A stretch of DNA of 64,000 nucleotides from the human T2T-CHM13v2.0 reference genome, Homo sapiens. The position numbers were made by a program, and so were the translations under genes. The notes under the pieces were generated by a model. That model was not told the DNA's origin. It saw only the letters and a list, made by a program, of their open reading frames with translations, and ran no database searches. Location: assembly GCF_009914755.1 (NCBI RefSeq), contig NC_060937.1; one strand, 5' to 3'. This document shows, piece after piece, positions 28,640 to 42,180 of the stretch (positions within the stretch are counted from its first letter, which is position 1; each line of letters starts with the position of its first letter).

Positions 28640-28870
28640 CATAAGCAATAGCTAACCTGTATGAAACACTTGCCATGTGCCATGCCCTGTGTGGGGAGCT
28701 TGTTATACCTCATCTCAGTCAATCCTCAAAATAATGTTTACATGTACTATTATTATTACCCTTTTTATACAAAAGAGAATGACAGGCCTCAGAGAAGTTC
28801 AGTAACTTCCTCATGGTCATACAGAAATCCATGCAGCCTGACTCCAGAGTCTAAATTCTTCACCAATAGA
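28640..28870 (-). mobile_element. MIR
   Basis: atagctaac...cacttgccatgtgcca...aatcctcaaaataa...aggcctcagagaagt...ctgactccagag. Confidence 0.75.
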
Positions 28871-28889
28871 TGTTATGTCTTCTAGGTAA

Positions 28890-29165
28890 GGCAGTTGCGA
28901 CATCGTGGGAACAGCTCAGGTAGCGAGAGTAGGAAAATGTCCGTTAAATCCTGCCTCAACCATTTCTAGCTGTGACAAAGCCAGTTAACTTCCCCACTTT
29001 TTTATTTTCTCATTTCCAAATGTAGTCATTTATTCAAAATATTTCTCATTAAGGAACAAGAACTGAAGAAACATATATCAAAGCCTTCTCAAAGTTAGTT
29101 CCCATAGGGCTGTGGTGAAGATTAAATGTGAAAGCATGTTGTAATCTATAAATCACTAAATAACA
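28890..29165 (+). mobile_element. MIR (interrupted)
   Basis: ttaaatcctgcctcaaccatttctagctgtgac...catagggctgtggtgaagattaaatg. Confidence 0.65.
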
Positions 29166-29657
29166 TGGAGGTACTAGTGTTATGTGACAGTACTAGGATT
29201 GTTAGGAGCAAGACCAGAAAACTGTCTTGTTCAGTTTGACCAGATTCATTTGTTTCTCCTCACATAAACACAGTCCCAATTATAGTGCTTGATTCATCTG
29301 AAAGGTAGAACAATAATTTCCTGGCGGGCCGATTTTGTAAGTGTAGATGTCAAGGTTTAGAATGCATGCTTTTTGTTGCTGAAAATTTAAGCTGTGTATC
29401 TCCTGAAATGGCATCTGCTTCTTTATTGTGTACTGCTATATATACATCAGGAATAACAATTAAATATTATTTGTATTTTAGGTAAATACTGGAGAAATAT
29501 ATTACAACTCTTAAGGAGACATCAAACAAATAGCAACTTTAAATCACCAGCAGGTTGGACTAGGATGAATCACTAAAGGAACTTGAGGGTTATTATCACT
29601 AACTCTTAGATTGTTTAGTTGACAGACTTCACTTTTCTTTTTCAAAACTATATAATA

Positions 29658-30370
29658 CTGACTTCTACAATGGTTGAACTAGTTTACAGTCCCACCAACA
29701 GTGTAAAAGTGTTCCTATTTCTCCACATCCTCTCCAGCACCTGTTGTTTCCTGACTTTTTGTTCAACCATTGTGGAAGTCAGTGTGGCGATTCCTCAGGG
29801 ATCTAGAACTAGAAATACCATTTGACCCAGCCATCCCGTTACTGGTTATATACCCAAAGGACTATAAATCATGCTGCTATAAAGACACATGCACACGTAT
29901 GTTTATTGCGGCACTATTCACAATAGCGAAGACTTGGAACCAACCCAAATGTCCAACAATGATAGACTGGATTAAGAAAATGTGGCACATATACACCATG
30001 GAATACTATGCAGCCATAAAAAATGATGAGTTCATGTCCTTTGTATGGACATGGATGAAATTGGAAATCATCATTCTCAGTAAACTATAGCAAGAACAAA
30101 AAACCAAACACCGCATATTCTCACTCACATGTGGGAATTGAACAATGAGAACACATGGACACAGGAAGGGGAACATCACACTCTGGGGACTGTTGTGGGG
30201 TGGGGGGAGGGGGGAGGGATAGCATTAGGAGATATACCTAATGCTAAATGATGAGTTAATGGGTGCAGCACACCAGCATGGCACATGTATACATATGTAA
30301 CTAACCTGCACATTGTGCACATGTACCCTAAAACTTAAAGTATAATAATAATAAAATAAAATAAAAAAAA
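29658..30370 (+). mobile_element. Young L1PA2/3-like element, 5' truncated, with inverted 5' segment (29658-29760)
   Basis: Forward part 29761-30370 encodes the ORF2 C-terminus ([24 protein letters not shown]...CTRMFIAALFTIAKTWNQPKCP), then a G-rich 3'UTR and A tail. 29658-29760 is the reverse complement of the preceding L1 sequence. Confidence 0.95.
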
Positions 30371-30579
30371 GACACTAATCTGCCCTTTAGCAAAAGGGGT
30401 TATAAAGGATTTGTAAAGATTTCACCTTATGGTCAAATTGGTTAAGATTAGATGGAATCCTTTATAAGGTTTCATTTAAATAAATTTGGATTAACATTAA
30501 TAAAGTAATGCAAGGGTAAAATTTGGCCTTGAACAGGATTTTTGTGCAATAGTAAAGGCTAATGAATGGTTAAAAAAAA
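30371..30579 (+). mobile_element. Putative L1 3' transduction with second poly(A)
   Basis: Non-L1 sequence lying between the L1 tail and A8 (30572-30579), followed by the 3' copy of the TSD; AGTAAA at 30551-30556. Confidence 0.7.
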
Positions 30580-30669
30580 CCTATATAATATATACGTATA
30601 TATATTACACTGAAGGGGAATCTACTAAATGACATTTAAATAAAATGTTGTTTGTTGAAAATTTGAACT

Positions 30670-31680
30670 GTCTGACATTTCGAAATTTAGAGATGGAGAA
30701 GATGAGGAAGGACCAGTAAAAGATATTGAGAAAATAGATGGTAAAGTAGGCAAAAAAGAAGGAGAGTGTGAAATCCGGAAGTACTAGGGCATATATTGAG
30801 GCAGGTTGGTAGCTATGGTGGTGGAAGCATATGGGAGTTTTCCCCTGATTGGTTCTATTTTCTTAGTAAAATAGAAAACAAGGCATCACCTGAGGAAGAG
30901 GAGAAAAGAATTGGGGAGCTTGTTGAAGAAAAGATAGATAGAAAAAAAATGAATGAATCCCCTAGGCAAGTGGAAGGGTACCCAGGAAATGTAGTAAGAT
31001 TGCTGGGCACCACTGAGCACCCACTTGAAATTAGTGGTCATGCCTTTAGAGTAAAACTAGCTGAAATGGTTATATGCTTTCCTCAGCCCTCTCTGGCCAC
31101 CTGAGTACAAGCATACAATAGGCAGAGATTGGACTAAACCAAAAATGTAATTTTACCAGATAATATTACAAAATGAGTGAGGCAAACTTGTCTTCAGGTG
31201 GGAAACCACAAGGATGAACCATTGAATTTTAAATCAGGGAAGTAACATCACAAAGGATGAGGGTCAGAACATATTGGAGTATGCGTGGGTGCTAGATAGA
31301 GTGAGCAGGGAAGAAATTTTGACGTTGGAGGTAGAACAGTTAATGATAACACCGAATCCAAGTATGGCCATAGTAGGAGGTGACTAACGCATGATGAAGT
31401 TAAAGATAAATGTCTGGGAAGAAGGAAAGTAGGTTAAGGAGGCCAGTGTAATTCTAGCATTGTCCAGGTGTACAGCCAGAGAATCTGGATAACACCATTG
31501 TTGAGGAGCATGACAGTAAATCTGATGCTAAAATCCCCAAGCAATGAGATTCCATAGAATATTACTACTGGGGTGGAGACATTAAAAAGAAGCAACAGCT
31601 GAGTATGAACAAGGCCCAGTGGTGTGACGGATGCCTGCAAGGGAGACTCAGATTTCAGCTAGAAATGAAGGGGCTTTCAA
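30670..31680 (-). mobile_element. L2 fragment
   Basis: Purine-rich gatgaggaaggaccagtaaaagatattgag...ggagagtgtg and ttttcttagtaaaatagaaaacaagg, typical of antisense L2. Confidence 0.5.
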
Positions 31681-32049
31681 TAAAGTTTTCTATTTTTCCT
31701 CTTGAAACTCCCACACAATGTTCAGTTAGACAACTCAAATGTTTGTTACTGTTGAAATACTCTCTTTTTATAAGTATATATTATATACATTTTTCTATAA
31801 TTATACATTTGTATATAATTTTAAATTATAATTTCCTGATGCTAGTGTTTATAATGTATAGACCAACTTTGATTAGTGTCTAAAATTCATTTGAATTTTA
31901 TATATTAATATTTTATGTTATGACTCATAAACTTTCATATTGGTTACAATAATTTGTAGATGATGTTTTGTTTTTATGTAGACAAATTATCTGAACATAC
32001 TTTTAAGCTTTTTCAGTCTTCATATCTTTTTTGTTTGTTTGGTTTTGTT

Positions 32050-32700
32050 CAAACCAGGGCCTCCGGTAGAGTTGCATAAAAAGTAATAATGAGAAAGCTC
32101 ATTTTACGGATATTAACATGAATGTTTTTAATATTTCACTTTTCAGAATGATATAAACTGTAGATTTTTTGTTACATTCTTTTAATCAAGTTAAGGAATA
32201 TCTTTTGTCTATTCCATTCTTGGTTTGCTAAAGTTTTTTTTGTTTTGTTTTGTTTTCCCCTATCATTGATAGATATAAATTTTATCAAATGCTTTTTTTT
32301 TTTTTTTTGCATCTAGTGAGAATCATGTGTTTCTTTCACCTTTATCTGTTAAGGCAGTGAAATAAATTACTATATTTTTCTAATTTTTGCTTAAGATTTT
32401 TACACTTATATTTTTGAGTGAGATGAGCATATTTTTTTTCTTTCTCATGTTGTCCTCTTCAGGCTTTGATGGTAAGGCATATTTATAACATTATAAATAT
32501 TTGTGAAAGATTGAAATAGTATGTTCCTTGAATGGTAGGGCTTATCTATTTTTTATTATGTCTTAAATATGTTAATATTTTTGATCTATCATATTCATTT
32601 CAAATATTTTAGCCAGGTTCTAATTTCTGTGTGGAGTTTTACTATAAAGATTGTTAATATTACTTTCATCTTGATTATCAAATCTATCAGTGTCTTTTCC
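32050..32700 (-). mobile_element. Old L1M ORF2 fragment
   Basis: tttaatcaagttaaggaata...aattttatcaaatgcttttt...gcatcta is antisense L1 ORF2. Confidence 0.65.
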
Positions 32701-35700
32701 CCCAATATTGTTCAGTGTAGACCAGGTATTAATTCATTAAAATAGGGCACCAACCTATGAGAATGAACACTAGGCTTAAAAGCATGTCCACAGGGTTTTT
32801 TAATAGGCTAAATATCTGCTTACTTTAAGCTTTATAGTCTTGTTCATGTGCAACCAAACCAGTAACACTGGCAAAAGATTTAATGTTCATCAATATGTTA
32901 AATTGATTACAGTGTGATCTCTTTTAATCCATGTGGAATTCAGCTGTTATTTGACATGTATTTCTCCCCTGATAGATTTTAAAGTCTTTTGAACATCATT
33001 ATAATAGTTACACAATATTTTAATTAAAATACACAGTAATTTAGCTAGTTACCACCTAGAATTTTAGAGTGTATATTAAAATCTCCTGTATTTTGACTGT
33101 ATGAGAGAATGAGTGTATGAATATGAATAAATTTTTTCTTTGGTTTTCCTTTCACTAAACATTGCTAAATTGCTTTCCAAAAGGATTCAGTTCCAATATA
33201 AATGAAGGGCGTTTGTTGATCTGTATTAAATATAGAAGATTGCATAAGTGCTTTATTGTCTTTTGCTGATTTATTGTTCAGTGTTAAATAGAATTATTTT
33301 GATTAATTTTATCATATGCTTTGTAAATTTCTCTTTTCTAGATATATTTGATGTTTTTTTAAATGCACAAACGAACATGTACTCAAATAATTCCATAGTT
33401 TACTTTGAAATAAAAACAAGTCCTTTAGAGATTAAAACCACACCAAGATGAATCATTTTTTTTCCACTTTCCATTTTTCTTCATTAGGTTTGTTTAAAGC
33501 ATGCAGCACATGAATTAATGTAGATTTACATTAATGAATGAAAGTTGATATAATTAAGTCCTATGATTGAAGGTTCTAATGAAGCCTACATGCAGTGAAA
33601 TACATCTTAGTATATGTTAATTTTAAACAAATACTATCAAGCTTTCCTGTAATTTTCAAATGGCCTGAGACTCCTAGAATTGTTGACAATACATTACAAG
33701 AGAATTCTCTAAATTGGATGCAGCAGGAAAGTAGGAAAGATTTACATGGATCCTCACATCTTAACCCACTTTGAATGTAGAACACGCAGAATATGGAGCA
33801 TGTGGATGTATAGAGAATGAGGCCTCAGCAATTCTTTATGGTAATAGACTGTTGCAACGAAATTAACGCAAACTTTTAAAAACAAATCTATGCTAAACCG
33901 GGAAAATTGGCTCTCAGGGATTTTCCCAAATTTGATTATTTTAGAAAATAATCAAAAACTTCCTATGGATCCTTTTTGGGAGTAAGAAATGCAGAGGAAA
34001 TACATGGATAATATATCCTGGTGAAAAAATGTGCTGGTCCAAAATGCTAGGATGGGAACTAGAATGATTCATGAATGAGGAATAGCAAAGTCAGAGATAC
34101 ATGTGTAGGGTAGGAAGTCTGAATGCCTGGCTATTATGATTGGCTAACAGTAGACATGTGGCTGGGTCTTTTATTTCAAAAGGAATTGAGATAAAACTGA
34201 GGAATTAGATGATCTTGGTTCATCCACGAACTAGCCACATGGCCTTGACCACATCATTCGCTAGCTTCACTTTTAGAGAAAACGTCACTGACTGTCTACT
34301 CACAGGACTAAGTGACCTTAATATGATGAAAGTGCTTAGGCAGTGGCGGAGTGATTTATAAATGTAAGGAGGAGAAAGTAATTTTACTCTAATGATATTA
34401 AAAATAAAGATACAGAAAATGGTTGTGATTGTTTTTATTTTTCTATTAATGAGAAAGTAAATTTCAGAATATTAGATAAAATTTTAGATTATGAATACTG
34501 AAAGAACTAGTCTATTGAGTGGGTGTAAGATTTCTACATTTTATGACTCTTTAGTTGAACACTGCATAATTAATGATTTTCTGAGAAACATATCTATATT
34601 TATGTTTAAACTGCCAGTGTATTTAATAATTTCCTTCTCATTCATTGCCTTTTGTTTTTGTGGTATGTCCAAGCAGTATAGTCCTTGAGACAGCACTGAC
34701 TTTATCCTGCTAAAAAAGCTGTATATTCTATTGCTTAAAGATTTTTAAAATGTCAAAAGAAAAAAGGAGAAAATAAAATTCACTCTAAAACACACTCCCC
34801 AGAGATATAGATTCAGCATATATATATATATATATCTATATATACACAGATATCTGTATTTTGTAGAGAAAATTGGGAGCAAGTCTTTATATACATATAT
34901 TTTTAGCAAATACAGACTTGTATAGAATATTGCAATCTCTGCAAAGAAGACTGCATGCTATACATGGGACTAACTTTTCAAGGTGTGGAAGGCTCCTCAG
35001 AACCCCGTACTCCACTTAAAATATTAGGCAGCATTGTCTTGTAGTAGAGGTCAAATTGAAGAAAAATATATATATTCCCACATAATTTCTTAACAAAGGT
35101 GTTAATAATCTTGGTTTCATTCTGGAAGTGATCCAAATCAGAATTGTTACCTTAACTAAAGCCTGTAAGACCTTTGATGTTTGACTTAATCTTGCCAGAT
35201 TGTACTTTGCCAGATTTTACTTTCATGAATAATTATAAGGTTTTTTAAATCTACCATATTCATCCATCTACCTTTCCACTCCCAAAACTATTACTTAGTA
35301 CCTAGGATGTACATAGAATTATGTAGCTAGTGGAAGAAAACAGAAAAGACTAAGATTTTGTTTACAGTGTAATTTATGCCTAATGAATAGACTGGTATTC
35401 TTAAGTTTGCAAATAAATAGTATCTAAAAAGACCATCACAGTTCAATGGACTGAAAAATAGTTTTATTTCAAAAGACCCAAATGCAACATCAAGAGCTAA
35501 TAAGAGTTTTATTATTTTAGATATAAGTAATCATAGGAGGGAACAAACTAAAGTGAGAAAAACTCCATAAAGAAGAATTAACAAATTAAGGTAAATGAGG
35601 ATAATAATGTGAACTACCAATATCACATGATGTATTGATCGGTAAGCATCTCAGGGAAGGTGCAGCCACAAAAACTTAGTCTTCAGGTTTAAAAATATGG

Positions 35701-36130
35701 CTATAAAACTAAGGAATGCTACCAAAATAAATTGTCTTAAAAATTTCTTCTCTTCTGAGATTGCACAAAAATAACAGAAATAACACTTGGAAAAATTCTA
35801 GGAATTGACAGTGTGAAGGGAATTAAAAAAGACACGCGGAGAGCCATGTTACCATGTAGCAGGGCTTTCCAGGCAAAAGAAAACTGTTGGAGGGACATTC
35901 TTACTCTTCCTGATGGAATGATGGCTTTCCTTTTTCACAACTAAAGAAAATATCATACAGATTTTTGAACTGATGTTGATAAATTCATGGGAGGAGAAAG
36001 AAAAAGGACTTTTTTCTCTATTGAACTCAAGTGTTTAGAGTCAAGAATGAAATATTTTAGCAATTTACAAGTTCTGTAGCAACCAGCTAAGACATTAAGA
36101 GACTTCTTAACTTCTATTTTAATGTGCAAA

Positions 36131-36142
36131 TACACACATACG

Positions 36143-36176
<34 letters not shown>
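36131..36176. repeat. (CA)n microsatellite
   Basis: Directly visible. Confidence 0.95.
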
Positions 36177-36177
<1 letters not shown>

Positions 36178-37349
36178 CAGGATAGGTGGTCGGGGGCAAC
36201 ATTTTACTAGAAGAAAAAAAATTAGGGACTGATTTCTCACCTCTCATGCCCCACAGAAAATATACTGAAGGAGCTAAATCCTAGGAAGAAGCAAAGACTC
36301 CCAGTAGAGTGCCAGTACATTGAAAAACAACCTTTGCCTACTTTCTGCTTTTTGGATCAGGTATACAGTGAGTGGAATTGATTAGTATTATTTTCATCCT
36401 ACAATGTAATTTTAAAATTCATTTTGCTAGACAATTAAGCAAAAAGAAACCCAAAGAAATATAGATCATGGTGGTTCACATTTTTTGGGTAACTTTTAAT
36501 ATGAATTAAGTGACCTATAAAAGATGCAGTTAATAAAATGGTGCAAAAATTCATGGAAACTTGTAATTTTATTGATAGCATTTTAACGAAACCTCTGCTA
36601 GTGTTGCATAGTGAAAAAACTATAATCCACTGAAAAGTAAAGAAAAATAATTTAAAATATTTTTTATTACTTTTAAGTTTTTGCCAGCCAGATGTTTGAA
36701 ACTATACATATATTTTTGAAAGCCTCAAATATTCACCAGGTGGCAGTCTTTTCCTTAACTGTGGTCAAAGGAAGCTATCTGCTTTACCTCATTTATTAAA
36801 AAAAGATAGGACAACAGGTGAACATCGATCCCACACTTACATTGACAATACTGAATTTCAATGCTCTGTCTTTGGTGAAAACATCCTTCCTAAAATATCC
36901 CTAAGGGAACCTGTATATTATTCTATGGGATTAACTCTGATTATTTCCCTTTATCATGATTTTTTCCTTCTCTTTCTCTATTCAGAGAAAGGCTACATTT
37001 TGTTTGGTGATTTATAATATGTTTAGATTATGTTTATTCAAACTTTGCTGTCTTATAATCCTGGTGCATTTCCTTTTTCCTGACTTTTAGACAACTTTTA
37101 GCTCAGGGTCATGCTTCCTGGCTCCAGGGAATCATTCACAGATTTACACCCTCCTAACCACTATGCAGGTATCTAGAAGCCTATCCTCAGAGATTTCATC
37201 ACCAGAATGCAACAAGTTTGTCTCTTATATTCTGCATCAGCATATTTTAAGTCTGATCCTAACAACCTGAAAGCATGACACAAATGTGAATCTTTAGACA
37301 TAGATCAAACTGGTGTACTTCGTTCTGAAATTAATAATCATGACGATAA

Positions 37350-37530
37350 TAACATTAAACCAGATCTAAATATACTAGGCACTTTACATGAATTTTTTCT
37401 AATTTCTAATACTCACAATAATTGTGGAATATAGCCATTTTCTGTTTCAGGTTAAATAGGTTACACAAATAGTAAGTCGTGGAGCCAGGATTTGAATCCA
37501 TATTTTTCTAGATTCCAAACCTGATCATTT
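37350..37530 (-). mobile_element. MIR
   Basis: ctaggcactttacatg...tagtaagtcgtggagccaggatttgaatcca. Confidence 0.65.
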
Positions 37531-39036
37531 TCAACCCTGAAATATTTCCTTTTATATAAAACAAACCTCAAAATATTTAGTTTTATTTATATTTTTTCCT
37601 GTTTCATAAAGTCTTTATGATTGAGGCTAAAGTGATAAATATGACAAATATGACTGAAAATTTATATGATAAATATGACTGAATTTCAGGCCTGACTCAA
37701 GGACTAATAATCTCAGTAGTCCTTGGTAAATTTCCTCAACTTCTCTAAGCTTCACTTTCCACATATCTGTAAAAGGTGATGACTCCAGGAGTTACTTTGT
37801 ATTAGGAGAATGGGGTGACATCACATTAAAGGTGATGTCAAAATGCACTTTAATTATCTCTGATTTTAAGGTTAGACATTGATTCTGCTTTTTGATTGAG
37901 AGAATCAGGCAGACTAAGTTGGGAATAAATAGAACATGATACAGTAAAGAGAAAATTCATCCAAAACAGGTGCTTCTGAAACCCTTGATTTAATGCATAT
38001 TACCACCAAGCCAAGCATTAAATTTAGCATAAAAGCACCAAATGGAATAAGCTAGATCTATACTTTCTTAAGGCTGGTAATTTAAGTTGAGGTCAGGGGA
38101 ATCAAAAGCTCTTCAGATGATAAAGGATTAATGAGTTCAGATGTTCTAGGATAAAGTATGCAAGAGAAATATGAATTAGCAACATTTAACATTAATTTAT
38201 CGAATACACATTTTTAAAGTTTAAGCATTTTATTGATAGAATTAATAGTTATATATGTGCATAATAAAATATTTCGTATTGATTCCATTCAGGATGAAGC
38301 GTGTATCGTATTCTGCAATGGACTATCCGCCTAATATGACAATCTACTACACTTTTCCCCAAACCACGAAATAGTTTATTTTTAATACAATTTTACCATC
38401 TTCACAGAAACACAATGGTACTTGTCTATATCTTCTTTTATTGATGTTGAATTACTTTAATTTCTGTGTCTTACAAAATTTGATATGGCTATTTATTAGG
38501 TATTAGGTGCTATTAGCCTACTCTCACAAAAGATAGATGTGAATACAATTGGGAAACCAATATTGTATAGAAAACAGAAAAAAGTGAGGGTGCATGTTAA
38601 GCATAATTACTTATATTTACCCTAAAACTGCAGTTGATTGCTAATTAGATTCCTTGAGGTCAGGAGCTCATTTGTAAGTATGTTTTAACAAGATTTTGAT
38701 CACAGTAGGCAACCAAGGAAATTTTAAAGTTATAAGAAGAAATGAGAAAATACATGATCCTTTATTGAAACTTTGCTAACCAAAACCCTTGTCCTCACTT
38801 TCCTACTTCTCTCATCTTAGGTTGTTCCCTTGCTGCTCTGCTATAGCAAAATTGAAGAGGGAGCAGAAGAGAGTGATTCTATTAATATATCAAGAATGCT
38901 GAGCATGAATAATAGACACTGTATGTGTGATTGTTCCAGATAACCTTTAGAATCTCCTCCAAACCTAAGAAACTATCTATGATTTTAAGAAAAGCAGTTC
39001 ATTTTTTCATTATTTTTATGAAGGTATAGTGTGCAT

Positions 39037-39038
<2 letters not shown>

Positions 39039-39067
<29 letters not shown>
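39039..39067. repeat. (TG)n microsatellite
   Basis: Directly visible. Confidence 0.95.
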
Positions 39068-39069
<2 letters not shown>

Positions 39070-39731
39070 CTACAGAAAGAAAGCAGATATAAAGAACAAG
39101 TTTTGATTGGTAAGATTCATTTTATAACCTAAGAAATAGAAAAATTAATAATAGACCATCAGCAAGTCTTTGTGGAGTCTCGAGTCCTTGTTATTAAATT
39201 TAGCCAACATTTACTGAGCACATACCATGTATTAGGAAATCTGTTGGGTATATGTAGAAGAAAAAAAGGAATCCAACATTTGTTAAAGAGGTGAGAGCTC
39301 CTTATATAGATAACAGAGTATGAAAGTTGAAATTTTTACAGGTACCAGATACAATTGATGACAGATTCCAGAGTTCACAATGCTTCAAGAGTATATAGCA
39401 TGGAGACAATAGAGGTAAGGGTGGACTTGTGAGGAGGATTTCTTTGTAGACAACTGAAGTTGGACTAGGGGGCAGCTGTGTTCCCAAGGAGGAGAGAGAA
39501 ATTACTGTCTGCCCAGGCACGTCAAATCAAGCCTGAGAGGTTTACCAGGACCATGGACTTCCTGAAAGCTACAACAGCAATTGGAAACTCTATGCTTGAC
39601 GGATTCTCATTTCCCCTAAACTTCTCACTGGATTCTCTTCACTTCCCAAATCTTTCTCTCTCACACACACAGTTAGTGTATGGAAAGGAAAAGATAAAAC
39701 TTTGAATTGGGGCTACTACATCTATTACCTA

Positions 39732-39880
39732 AGAGTGGGAGGGAAAATATGTCCAAACAAAGCCTAAGAGGACCACCCCAATAAACAAATGTCAAAAAGA
39801 GTTGGGGGAAAGCATGCCCAAGCAAAGCCTAAGAGGACTACCCCAATGAACAAACGTTAAAGAGAGGAGAGGGAGGGAAA
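39732..39880. repeat. Diverged 65-bp tandem repeat (~2.3 units)
   Basis: gggaaa.atg.ccaa.caaagcctaagaggac.accccaat.aacaaa.gt.aaa.agag at 39741 and 39806. Confidence 0.85.
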
Positions 39881-41975
39881 TGAAGAATTGCAATTTTACT
39901 ATAAATCAAGTCTATGTCATTGCAGATGGATAAATCAGTAAGATACATACATATTCATGTGTGTCTGCATGTGTATATATATATAAATATATTTGTGTAT
40001 GTATATGCATATATACACATACCCTCTGGTATTGTGAAGCTCACAAAGTGGAGGAAAGTAAAACATATTTTCAACATAATATTCTAAGAGTATGAGGAGG
40101 CGTATAGGATATGATTATAATGGTAGTAAAGAAGAGGGACGTTTAACTTCATCATTTATATCATATCACGTCATATTTTATAATTTATATCAAAAAAGGG
40201 TTCACGTTATCTGCCAAATAACTGCCTCCAACATGGATGGCGGGATCTATTTCTGCAGAGTCTCAGCTGTCAGGTTTCAGTTTAGAAATGGGCCCCTCCC
40301 AGAGTCTGTCAACTTGCTGCATCAGGCCGCCCAACAGGGTAATATTGAAATGTGCATTGCTTGACATTAAATCTCCTACACTCTCGTGAATGTGCTGTTC
40401 TCGCCTCCCCCTTCCCAGAAATTTCTCAATGTGCCAGCAGTGTCTCCCTTATTACTGCCAGTCTCTTCCTACAACAATCTAAGAGGAATTGAGAAAATCA
40501 GATAACCAGTTTTGTTAAATCAGTAACTTAATGCACTCAAGCTTCAGTCAGGGGCAAAGATTCAGTCAGGGGCCTCTGGCTGAAGGAATTTCAGGACACT
40601 TGCTCCATCAAAAGCATGGAAAGAACTCTCTATGCTGCTTGGTGGCCAAGTTTTACTTCTAGACCTGTTCAAAAGAGCTTAGGTTTCTAGACATGTCAGG
40701 GTCAAAATATCCAGGCAATTTGGCAAAATAAGAATAAAAGCCAGGAAAACAGAGAAACCTACACTCAAATCTCACTTGAGCAAGTTAATCTCTCTGAGCC
40801 GCAATTTTTTTATCCATAACAGTTCAATATACGTGGAAGGAATCTACCAAATAAATGTGAAAATACATACCAAACAGTCAAAGAAAACATTTTCTGTATT
40901 CCCCACTCATGCACATGCATTTATTCCTCACTTATTGAACCCCTGTTACTTAGTAGTGACTGCTTAAACAAGTGTTCAACAAAGATTCGAAGGCTGCTAC
41001 TAGGGTCAACAAGAATGAACTCTGCAACTCCTTAGCAGTACCCACATGGTGCTGGAGGGAGAAAAATGGCAGTTGAAGTACTTAGTTACTTATAGTGGCA
41101 TTGGGGAAGTCCACCTCTCTTTTTAAAATGACAATAATGAAAGAACTTACCACAAGGCTTGTTATGAGGTTTAAATAAGATAACAATCTAGAATGATCTT
41201 AAGAGAATGCTTGATAAATTGTAATACTGAATTTTTTGGTAGCAATTTTTATTATTGTGACCTAAGGTGACTAGGGTAAAATATTGAAATATATTTACAA
41301 TTCACTTTGGTCTGTTTGCTTTTTGAAATTATGTATTATGTTTTGAAGAAAATTATTCAATATATTGCTAATTGAGAATTCTCTGATATTTTGGAGAGTG
41401 GGAAATACATAACATATAAAGTCCAAATAAATGTGTAATTATTTCTAATTTTTACTTTACTCATCCAAATATTAATGTGTCAAAAATTCACATTTATATA
41501 TAGTGGTACTAGTGTTGCTTAGTGATTAAACTTATATCTCCAAGTCAAATGAATGTATATAATTTCCCTCAGGGACTCCAGAAATCAAAAAGGGATGTTG
41601 CAATTAAGGAGATGAGTATTAGGCAAAGTTAAGCCCACTCCACTTATGTATTATCACCTTTTTTAAGGGAAGAGAGATTATACATCCAGTTGACAAATTT
41701 ACAACTATAAATTTCTCTTACCCACTCCTTCTGGGTGGGTTTTAGCATTCCTTCAGAAAGCTGTATTCTGTAAGTCAGTTCTCACATACTCAAAGCTTAC
41801 AGTACAAAATTATTGTCAAAGGATTCTAATAAATGACTCAAACAATAGAGACTTGGAACTTTGACATATTTAGAAATTGATTAAAAAACGAGTGTATAAA
41901 ACATAAATTGTGATAATGAAAATAAGAACACTCTTTTTAGGTGCTTGAAGAACTCATTCTTGAAAAGAACATTTA

Positions 41976-42180
41976 TTTATTTATTTTTTAAACTTTTATG
42001 TTCTGGGGTACAAGTGGAGATAATTACATAGGTAAACTTGTGTCATGGGAGTTTATTGTGCAGATTATTTTATTACCCATGTATTACACCAAGTACCTAT
42101 TGGTTATTTTCCCTGATCCTGTCCCTCCTCTCACCCTCTACTTTTCGATATTTCCCAGTGTGTGTCGTTCTACTCTATGA
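41976..42180 (-). mobile_element. Older L1PA 3' end with TSD
   Basis: ttacataggtaaacttgtgtcatgggagtt...tttccctgatcct; TSD AAAAGAACATTTA at 41963-41975 and 42183-42195. Confidence 0.85.

Noticed and set aside
29770-30090. 106-aa ORF resembling a real protein
   Set aside because: It is the C-terminal piece of L1 ORF2 in a truncated element, with a non-ATG start and a premature stop; not a gene.
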